Position numbers and translations under genes: made by a program. A DNA stretch of 63,634 nucleotides, filler included, from Octopus bimaculoides (lineage: Eukaryota), in the NCBI RefSeq assembly GCF_001194135.2. It is 7 parts of 6 records of this genome, joined end to end, with 100 filler letters (N's around TTAATTAATTAA, not from the genome) between each part and the next. Parts side by side here need not be neighbours in the genome. Positions count along the whole stretch, not along the records: positions 48,748 to 59,482 come from NC_068982.1; positions 59,583 to 61,815 come from NC_068981.1; positions 61,916 to 63,634 come from NC_068982.1; 4 more parts are not named here. One strand, written 5' to 3'. The notes beneath the pieces are model-generated. The model was not told where the DNA came from and ran no database searches. It worked only from the letters and a program-made list of their open reading frames with translations. This document shows positions 53,943-63,634 of this stretch, one piece after another. Every line of letters begins with the position of its first letter. Position 1 is the stretch's first letter.

Positions 53943-55247
53943 GTTACTAGTACTCGGTACTCATTTCAGTAGACTAAAGCAACGAGAAATGAACTGATTT
54001 GCCCAAGAACACAACGCGCCGCCTAGATCGGAATCGAATGCACTACCTTACGATCTTAAACCTGCTAACATCCTAACAAGCAAGCCAGTGGATAAAGCTG
54101 GGTCATCATCAACATTAGGGTAAATCAATCTGATAGATACCAGTATATAATGAGCTTGATATACGATTTAAGGTTGTATTGTAAACCATTTACCCTATGC
54201 ACTCCAGATTAGAATCAAACTAAAAAAGTCAATTGTAATTTTGACAGAGAATTCGAGGACCTTGCTTTAGATCTGAGCATTAAAATGACTGATCGTTGAC
54301 ACGATCAAAAGGAGATTCTAACCTGTTATAACAAGCTCATAACTTAGAGAGAAAAAGTCACAAATCTACAGGTCTTGCACAGGGCAGGCTGGCTACTCCA
54401 TTGTATGCGAAATCAAAGGGCAGCTCTCTCAGTGTAGATGAGTTACTCTAATATTCTGAAGAATCTGTTCTTAAAAAAACAATAACAAAAACAAAAAAAA
54501 CAAACAAATAAACTACAAGGAAGCCAAACGGAAACGAAATGAAGACAACATAACAACCACAATGAAAAGTTGTGGCATTAATCATTCCGGCTCAGAAAAC
54601 AACTGTTCGCCTTTAATAAGTGAAATGTTTGCATTTTGGAGCGATACTGTTTAAGAAACACATTAAAGAATATATAAATACCATAGAAAGGCTGGGCAAA
54701 ATAGATTTAAAATGTTCACTCAATGGAAGACTTTAAAAATCCTCAGCCAACCTTGCTGCACAAATTCGAAAGAACAAAAATAAGAATGGACTAAGCCACC
54801 AACAATGGACTAGGCCACCAGCTGTTAACATTATATGAAGCACTCGTTTTATGTTATTAGAAGGTATTATATAAAGTCTAACAAAAGTATAGATTATCGA
54901 TATAAAATGAATCACATACTAAGTTTAAACTTGTCCTAAATTTACGACCCAAACCGAAACTATTACACTCGCCATTATCATGTTAAATGTATATTATATC
55001 TACGCAATGTTAATACCACTTCGAATATGCTAAAAGCATGTTCCGACTTATAAGCAAGCCATTCACTGTGTTTTGTCATGGAGAAAATTTCTTGCTTAGC
55101 ATATTCGAACTTGTATTAACATTGCATTTTTACTTATAACCGCTTAGCACGCTCACCCCACAATTTAATTACGATGGACCGTCGATTTGCGCTACCAGCC
55201 GACGTATATTGATTGGGAAAACAAAAGAGAGATTGTCTCTCTCTTAC

Positions 55248-55263
55248 CGGCTCGCAGCGCCAT
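55248..55263 (-). CDS. Candidate start-codon micro-exon (whole exon 55273-55248) encoding MALRA for the repeat protein
   Basis: CTCTTCTTCATTCACAG| acceptor, GGGCG-ATG-G Kozak context, CCG|GTAAGA donor, phase 1 end compatible with exon 52875; locally GC-rich. Very short, so could be chance. Confidence 0.4.
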
Positions 55264-56302
55264 CGCCCGGTTTCTGTGAATGAAGAAGAGATAACTACTT
55301 TGAAATGCTTGCATCTTACAGTCTGGATAGGTGTATTTAGATGTATTTACACCATTATGTCTACAGCGAGAAATTTTCTCCATGACAACACATTGAATGA
55401 CTTTTTTACATGTCCGAACATTCTCAACCATATTCGACCTGGTATTATCATTGCATTTTTACTTATCACCGCATAGCGCACTCACTCCGTAATTTAATTG
55501 TATCTACGAGTTGTATTTACTCCATTAAAATTATTCATTTTCGTACTATGGATCCATAGTGTCGGTCTATAAATCTAGTCTCTCAAGAAATCTTTCCTTG
55601 GATTGGACGTCATTCTGAAATACAGGTTAGAATTAAAGTTGACACTGTAAAAAGCTAACGAAACATTCAACTCCGGAGAGTGTAAGATGCAAATGACTGA
55701 TCGTTGACACGATCAAAAGGAGATTCTAACCTGTTATAACAAGCTCATAACTTAGAGAGAAAAAGTCACAAATCTACAGGTCTTGCACAGGGCAGGCTGG
55801 CTACTCCATTGTATGCNNNNNNNNNNNNNNNNNNNNNNNNNNNNNNNNNNNNNNNNNNNNNNNNNNNNNNNNNNNNNNNNNNNNNNNNNNNNNNNNNNNN
55901 NNNNNNNNNNNNNNNNNNNNNNNNNNNNNNNNNNNNNNNNNNNNNNNNNNNNNNNNNNNNNNNNNNNNNNNNNNNNNNNNNNNNNNNNNNNNNNNNNNNN
56001 NNNNNNNNNNNNNNNNNNNNNNNNNNNNNNNNNNNNNNNNNNNNNNNNNNNNNNNNNNNNNNNNNNNNNNNNNNNNNNNNNNNNNNNNNNNNNNNNNNNN
56101 NNNNNNNNNNNNNNNNNNNNNNNNNNNNNNNNNNNNNNNNNNNNNNNNNNNNNNNNNNNNNNNNNNNNNNNNNNNNNNNNNNNNNNNNNNNNNNNNNNNN
56201 NNNNNNNNNNNNNNNNNNNNNNNNNNNNNNNNNNNNNNNNNNNNNNNNNNNNNNNNNNNNNNNNNNNNNNNNNNNNNNNNNNNNNNNNNNNNNNNNNNNN
56301 NN

Positions 56303-56357
<55 letters not shown>

Positions 56358-57139
56358 TCTGATAGTTTCTGAACATCTTTACTGACCGACCAGCAAGTAA
56401 ACAACATTTCCTACTCTCATGAAAATATCTTCATTATTTTTCCCTCAAGTAACTAATGACGATCTTTAGCTACTTGATTATTCATAGTTTGATAATAAGG
56501 TACCGTTGTCTTCTTTTAAAAACATTTCTATTCCGTGTTTCTGTTTACGTCTTGTCATTAAGCATAATTAAACATCGTTTACCTTTAAAATTATCGGTTC
56601 ATTAAAATCTGGATCTATTACTGATTTGCTATCCCTGTATTTGATTTTTATCTTTCGATGTCATTCGTGTACGATCAATATTATCTTCTCTTAAATGGCT
56701 ACTTTGTAATCAATCTGTCATTGTATCATGTTTTTAAGTATTTTTGAAGTTAAACACACGTTTGTGGGGCGGTTGCTGGATTTGACATTATGGTTAGGTT
56801 ATCTATTCTTGTAAGTTGTGGGGTCGCTGTGAGATAGTTTCATAAGAATGTATTTCTGAGTTAAAGAGTCTTTTTCATGCCTCGTATCAACAACAAACCG
56901 ACCAATATGATTTCCTTTATAGGACATGAAAATGTGGGATCACCCAAGAAATTAGTTTCTACATAACTTCTTTAAACAGGGAAAAACAGTAGCCATTTTC
57001 CTTTCGAATTTGAATTGTATTGTGTGTTCGATGGAATTAAGATACAAACTCTACATCTAATATGGTCCGTGTCTTTCTTCTCATACTGTTAACGTGTGCA
57101 TTGTAAAATTTATCTCCAATTATGCTAAACAATGAATTC

Positions 57140-57310
57140 CATTTATATAGACATAGCTGTGTAGTAACTAGCCTGCTTCCCAACCACATGGTTTCGGGTT
57201 TAGTCCCACTGCATGGCACATTGGGCAAGTATCTTCTACTATAATCTCAAGTCGACCAAAGCCTTGTGAATGGATTTGGTAAACGGAAATTGAAAGAAGC
57301 TTGTCGCGTA
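57140..57310 (+). mobile_element. SINE family A, 5' head
   Basis: gctgtgtagtaactagcctgcttcccaaccacatggtttcgggtttagtcccactgcatggcacattgggcaagtatcttc. Confidence 0.8.
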
Positions 57311-58386
57311 TATGTATATATATATATATATAATTTATTTAGGCAGCAGTAAGCAAATGTGTACCAACAAGAAGAACTATAACCGTCATTAAGTATGACT
57401 GAGGGTGCTATAAACACTTACATTGCTAGAAATAAGAGCTAAACGCTCTAATGCTGCAGTCAAAGCACATAATTGTATACATACATGCTGATAGGGACCG
57501 TAACAGCCCGAAAACAGCGGTCGAGATATTCTCTGACTGATCGGTCAGTTTCGGCTTTCGTCGTAGCCTCTTCAGTGGGATCAGCTCGACTTGGCTGAAC
57601 CCGGACGACAGTCACTTTCAGCATATATGTCTACGCCATAGAAATCCATGGATGATTTAGCGAATCGCTAATGTGTGTATACAAATAATTTATTTAGGCA
57701 GCAGCAACTCTTAAATAAAATTACTGCTGCCTAAATAAATTACTTGTATACACATTAGTGATTCAAGGTAGTGCTCCAGCATGACCAGTAAAAAATAAAA
57801 TATAAAAAATTTAACATAAAAATGAGTGAATTCAAAAAGAGTGTGTCCCCGGTTTGAATATATTGAAAAAGCAGAACTATAATAATTTATTTCTTATTTC
57901 GAAAAAACTTAATTTGATTAAAAAAAGCAGAAGAAAAAGCTCGTTGATTGCAGTTTTCTGTATTATTTTCATATATTGATTTCTAAACATACTATTATTT
58001 ATAAAATAAATTTAAGCATTGTGTTACCGAATAATTATTGCTTTTTCTCAGCATGAAACATAAATATTTATTTTCTGTTTGTTCATTTTGTTTTGCATCA
58101 AGTTCTCGGTCAAGTTCTCCATTATGTTCGTTTTCTATTCTAGTCTCAGTGACTGAATTCCATGATTTATGTTCCCCAAACCAATTCCGACAAGAATGTT
58201 TGTAATATTGTCGTATGCTTTACTATTTCGTAGCAAAATCGGTAGAGCACCGTTAAAATGCCATGTGACATTTAATTGCGCCCCTGTTAAGCTTTCAGTC
58301 CAAATATACATGCCTGCGTGTGTGTGTGTCTGTGTGTTTGTGTGTGTGCGTGCGTGGTGTGAGTGTTTATGCGTGTGTGCCAATAT

Positions 58387-58428
<42 letters not shown>

Positions 58429-59438
58429 AAGTGAGAGAGGACGAAGGGAATGTAGAAAAAAGAATGCGAAGGGGATAATGAGGCTAAATCTTGTTTTAGC
58501 GTAAAATTCGATAATAAGGAAAGATTAAAAAAAAAAAGGAAGTAGTGATAATAGTAAAATAAGGAAGAAATTTATGTAAATAACGTTTTACTTTTAAAGA
58601 GAATTTCGGAGGTGTACTTCTCCGGCGAGTGATTTGATCTGAGACGGTGTGCTCTTTTACTCTTTTACACATTTCAGCCCCAAGGCTGTGGTCATGCTGG
58701 GGCACCGTCATTGTATTTAAGCTAAAACAATTACAACGTCGAAGACACATATTAATCACTGGAAAACATAGAAATTGTTAACTTTTCACTTAAACACTTA
58801 TTATTTCGTGTCAAAATTTTCGTCGCACCATCAGGAGCCTGGTCACTGACACAATTCCACAGCTCAACTCATCTGCACTGAAAATACGTCAGTTACCAAA
58901 TTGAATTAGTGTGATAAAAATTTTGATACCAAATAATAGATGTTTAAGTGAAATGTGTCTTCTGAGCTATAATTGCTTCTAAGAACACCCAAAAGAAACC
59001 CAAAGTATAAAACTTTATATTCACCATTACACATGTTTCATTTGCTAATAGAAATTGCAAGCTTGTACTTGTTAGATAAACATGTAAGAAATTTCCTATT
59101 AGAAATTCTTCAGACAGAGAGTCAAATAAGGTGTTATTTTTATAAGGTATTATTTGATTCTCTGACTGAAGAATTTCTTATGGGAAATTTCTTACATGTT
59201 TATCTGACAAGTACAATTTCGTAATTCTTTTTAGCAAATGAAACATGTGTAATGATGAATATATAACACCAAAGAATTTACCAGATTCCTGCTTTATGTA
59301 TGTGTCTGTGTATGTGTATCTATGTCTGTGTGTGTTTGTGTTTGTTCACCACTACTGCTTGATAACCAGTACTGGTTTGTATAGTTTTGTAATTCCTATT
59401 AACAAGTGAAACATGTATAATAGTGAATATATAATACC

Positions 59439-59482
<44 letters not shown>

Positions 59483-59582
59483 NNNNNNNNNNNNNNNNNN
59501 NNNNNNNNNNNNNNNNNNNNNNNNNNTTAATTAATTAANNNNNNNNNNNNNNNNNNNNNNNNNNNNNNNNNNNNNNNNNNNN

Positions 59583-59832
59583 GCTTGTGCGGGTGGCACA
59601 TAAAAGACACCATTTCGAGCGTGGCCGTTTTCGTGCGGGTGACACGTAAAAGCACCCACTACACTCTCTGAGTGGTTGGCGTTAGGAAGGGCATCCAGCT
59701 GTAGAAACTCTGCCAAATCAGACTGGAGCCTGGTGTTGCCATCCGGTTTCACCAGTCCTCAGTCAAATCGTCCAACCCATGCTAGCATGGAAAGCGGACG
59801 TTAAACGATGATGATGATGATGATGATGATGA
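59583..59832 (+). mobile_element. Retroposon 3' part (family B) ending in (GAT)n
   Basis: ttggcgttaggaagggcatccagctgtagaaac...ccatgctagcatggaaagcggacgttaaacgatgatgatg; related copies at ~4380-4600 and ~8545-8660 (+), ~3420-3580 (-). Confidence 0.8.
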
Positions 59833-59940
59833 ATTATTCTATATTTTTTATAAACAGTAGAATACAACATAAAATTGAATAAAATTTCTATTTTTAAGGT
59901 CAATCAAAGTGGAACAAATATTCTTAAATTATGAACATAC

Positions 59941-60072
59941 CAATGAGATTCCCAAGACTTGCTAATTTTTCTTTGTCATCAGCCATTGAATTAGACAAGT
60001 CCATGAGGTAATATAAGTCAACTGGATAATCTTCAGCTAACCGAAACACCAATTTAAACTTATATGGTTTAT
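59941..60072 (-). CDS. ITGB: Integrin beta subunit exon, hybrid strand and start of beta-I (vWA) domain with MIDAS
   Basis: TTATTTATTTTATAG|...G|GTATGT; 132 nt, phase 1-1. Translates (N)[43 protein letters not shown], containing the diagnostic [18 protein letters not shown].DD. Confidence 0.93.
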
Positions 60073-60584
60073 CTATAAAATAAATAATTTACTAAGTTAA
60101 TAGAATAAAGGAAATAGTATATGGCTTTGGAAAACTCTACCAAATAAAAACACACAATTTTTACAGTTGTTTTTGTCAAACATGCAAATTAGATCACATA
60201 ACTTCAATTTCAAAAATATTAACAAGAAATTCTTAAAATTATCTTGAGACTTCAAATTTTATTTTATAAAGAATACTTATATGAAAACAATTTTATGACA
60301 GAAAATTAACTGAACTAATTTTTTTTCATAATTAGCGTGTTGTTTCACTCTTAATAAACAGTTATATATAATGCATTATTATGAACAAGAAAAGGTATGA
60401 TTAAAATAATTAAATAAAGTTATTTACAACTAATATTCCTAATAATTACAACCTAACTTTTTAAATTGGATTTTAATGCCTTGTATGTAGAATAAATGCA
60501 TAAAATGCAGAAATTAACAATAAGTGTACATATATTTCATAAGTTAATCAATGGTTTAAAGTAAATATAAATGAATTAACTTAC

Positions 60585-60666
60585 TTGGTCGGATCTTTAT
60601 TCTTAGTTTCTGAGGTTGGATTTGAATTGCTTCTTGATTACCGTTAGCATTTTTTACAGTGTCATT
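60585..60666 (-). CDS. ITGB: Integrin beta subunit exon, PSI-hybrid junction
   Basis: ATTTTTTTACAG|...|GTAAGT; 82 nt, phase 0-1; the only open frame is NDTVKNANGNQEAIQIQPQKLRIKIRP (integrin beta IQPQ.L.L.LR motif). Confidence 0.88.
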
Positions 60667-61357
60667 CTGTAAAAAAATATTTCCATTAAAAAAATTCAGA
60701 TACAACTGGTCTCATGATAATGTATTATTAAATGCTGAATTTTCTTTCTTCACAGAAAGAATAAAAAGATTGAAAAAGAGATGGCATAACCTATTGAGTT
60801 TAACCCCTCCCTCTATATTGAAGACTATTTTTCTTCTTACTGCAAGTGTTAGGAGGCTCAGTCAACCTGACATCTTACATCTTACTTAACCCATTACCTA
60901 CCAGTGATCTCATATGAGATCACTTAAAAATTACAAATTTCATAATTATCTGTCAATATTTATACATATCTAACCTTTTTGCTATATCTACTAGGTATAT
61001 TTCTCTGATATTCAAATGAAGTTTGCTAATTTTTCACCCAATATCTCGCTTATTTCTATTTAAAATGTTATTTTGATCATTCCAGCATGTTTCTAAGGCT
61101 GATTTATGCTAGAAATCAAAGTTTCATAATAAAATTCCAGTTAATAGAATTATGGGAGACCTGGTTTTATGAAGCAAATTTCAGTTTTGAAGTTATCTAA
61201 ATTAAAACTTTACATTATTAAGCAGATAAGATATATCACCTGCCTCTAATAAGAAGTCACTTCTTAAGAACATGAAAATATCCATTTAGTAATATTTCAT
61301 TATTAAAAATAAAAAGGTTAAAACTCAACATTTTCAAAAGATATTTCAACATCTTAC

Positions 61358-61456
61358 CTTAACATAAGTTACTGAGTGATCAGGATTATCAATAAAACCC
61401 TCACAGCCAAGCCTGATAAGACTTTTCATATTATCACAGCGTTTATGTGGAAAAAC
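61358..61456 (-). CDS. ITGB: Integrin beta subunit exon, C-terminal half of PSI domain
   Basis: TTTGTTTTTCTAG|...AAG|GTAAGA; 99 nt, phase 0-0. Translates VFPHKRCDNMKSLIRLGCEGFIDNPDHSVTYVK, matching the PSI pattern RCD..L...GC...I.NP. Confidence 0.85.
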
Positions 61457-61766
61457 CTAGAAAAACAAATCGTTACAAAAGATGATAAAGACAATAAACC
61501 TGCCATATTAAACAACTTAGTAAAAGTAGATCAATAACACTGTTAGGATCAAATCTCACCTCAGTCAAAGAAATATAAGTTAAATTAAATAAATTCACTA
61601 TAACCCCACTTTTATAAATATTTAGCACATGCTACTAAAAAAAAAAAAAGATTACAATTAAAATCTTAGAACTCAAATGCAAATATTCTCTGGGTATTTT
61701 TGAGGTCATTTATTTATTTATGAATTAATCATTTACACACACACACACACATATATATGCAAATAC

Positions 61767-61803
<37 letters not shown>

Positions 61804-62119
61804 TATATATATATANNNNNNNNNNNNNNNNNNNNNNNNNNNNNNNNNNNNNNNNNNNNTTAATTAATTAANNNNNNNNNNNNNNNNNNNNNNNNNNNNN
61901 NNNNNNNNNNNNNNNGTATATGTGTACGTATGTATATATGTACGTACGTATATATATATATATATATGTATATAGATATATACATGTACGTATATATATT
62001 TATATATGTATGTATGCATATATATATATGTATATATGTATATATATGTATGTATATATATATATATGTATATATATGTATACATATATATATGTATGTG
62101 TATATGTATGTATATATAT

Positions 62120-62260
62120 GAATATATAAGAGGTCGTATTGTTGGACACTCTGAGGCTGGTCTTAGCCAGCGAAAAATTGCCGAAAATCTTCAAATTCCT
62201 CTTGCTACTGTTAATAGAATTATAGTGCAATTCAAAAGTCAAGGAAAAGAATCAACAGAT
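62120..62260 (+). mobile_element. Tc1-family transposase N-terminal HTH fragment
   Basis: [39 protein letters not shown] is a typical Tc1 paired-like HTH; no catalytic domain follows. Confidence 0.75.
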
Positions 62261-62302
62261 TTTGAAAATTAAAGGTGTCTATGTACTCCCTGCATGTCGG
62301 TC

Positions 62303-62351
<49 letters not shown>

Positions 62352-63634
62352 TTATTTATTTATGTGTTTCAGCCAAGTGGCTGCGGTCATGTTGGTGCAC
62401 CACCGTGATTTTCACGTTCCAGAGCCATGTATAAGAGAATTTGACATCGCTGTCCTCAACTGTGTCTCATTTCGAGCCATCGGTTCGTCCGGTATCGAGG
62501 AATCCTGTCATGTATGTGTGTGCATGTGTGTATGTATGCTCGTATGTATGCATATATAAGTAGACATTTAAATCTAACTATAAGTATTTAAATCTACGTT
62601 TACCTTATTAAAGTTGGTAAATAGGTATAGCAGTATATGTTGTTCGTGTATCACATACATGAAACAAGTAGACACCTCAAATCGGTGAATCGGAAATCTG
62701 GAATACTCATCGTCGAAATTGACAGAGACCCATTTACTTCTAATAATATATATACATTCATGCATATTTTAATATACAGTGATATTAGAATTCAATGCTA
62801 CATTAAAAATAAAATTATTCTTTCTGTACAACTAATTACAAGTGAGACCATTTGTAATAAACAAAAAGGAAGCATGCAATTAAAATACATTATATAAACA
62901 TATTCTTAAACTTGTAATATTTTAACGATATATTGTCCAATTGTTTTAAAAAATCGCAAGTTACAAATAATCCAATGCTGAACAATATGTCTTAAATGTA
63001 TTAAAATATATGCGCATACACAACTGTACAATTAAACAGAATAAATTAACGGGTACATAAAAGGAATTCATAATCAGTGGTTTAATTATTGCTCCTCTCC
63101 GAATAGCATTTTCCTTTCTGTTTATGCTAAACAGATTCAGTCACAACAAAACAGAAACTTCAATTATATAGACAAACAAATATATGTTAATGTAACATAT
63201 ATCAATAGCTTTATAATATATTCATATATGAAGACATAATATTAGCTATTAAATTTTACATATATATATGTGTGTGTATGTGTGTATGTATGCATGTATG
63301 TGTATATATGTGTGTGTATGTATGTATATTGGTGTATATATATATATTAAGGTGTGTATGAAAAAAATTATAACAGAAATAATAGAAGAGGGAGAGCGTT
63401 CTAGTAGCATATTTTCGATTTTGCCCTAATAAACAAAATCTAATGTCGCAGCTTCCGATTGACATTTGTTTAGTTAAACACTAAATCACAGATTGTTAAT
63501 ACAATACATCTAACGATTTGGTAACGATCCCTAAGGTGCTTTGTAGATATTCAAATACCCCGAACTCCAAGTAAGCCTAAACTGAATCTGGGTTATGATT
63601 CAGAGTTGAAGCGATACACCGTTTATAAAGTGAG

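Noticed and set aside
56583-56634. Possible 52-nt exon (DSKSVIDPDFNEPIILK)
   Set aside because: Weak acceptor; phases 2-0 fit neither neighbouring model; not integrin-like.
783-63465. The many short ORFs made of IY, HT, CV, LSIY or poly-I, and ORFs spanning X runs
   Set aside because: Translations of (TA)n, (CA)n, (TCTA)n, (ATT)n microsatellites or of N gaps; no coding signal.

Overview
AT-rich, microsatellite- and SINE-dense animal genomic DNA from a gapped draft assembly. The NCX sequence and repeat content point to an octopod cephalopod (inference). Three protein-coding loci are visible, all on the minus strand and all incomplete. (1) The ~1.74-kb first coding exon of a Na+/Ca2+ exchanger (SLC8/NCX; 17488-15750), followed by an intron of at least 15.7 kb. 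(2) An unrecognised low-complexity protein with a >=2.45-kb exon (51202 to the gap at 48747) carrying 66/67-aa basic-acidic tandem repeats, plus an upstream 162-nt exon and a possible ATG micro-exon. (3) Three small exons of an integrin beta subunit (61456-59941; PSI, hybrid, start of beta-I with intact MIDAS) that the ORF track misses entirely; I found no further integrin exons in the window. The remainder is tRNA-derived SINEs, hAT MITEs, decayed RTE, Tx1/L1 and R4/Dong LINE fragments, Tc1/mariner remnants, simple repeats and N gaps. Six of the gaps contain an artificial TTAATTAATTAA six-frame-stop linker. Repeat-element boundaries are approximate unless TIRs/TSDs are quoted.
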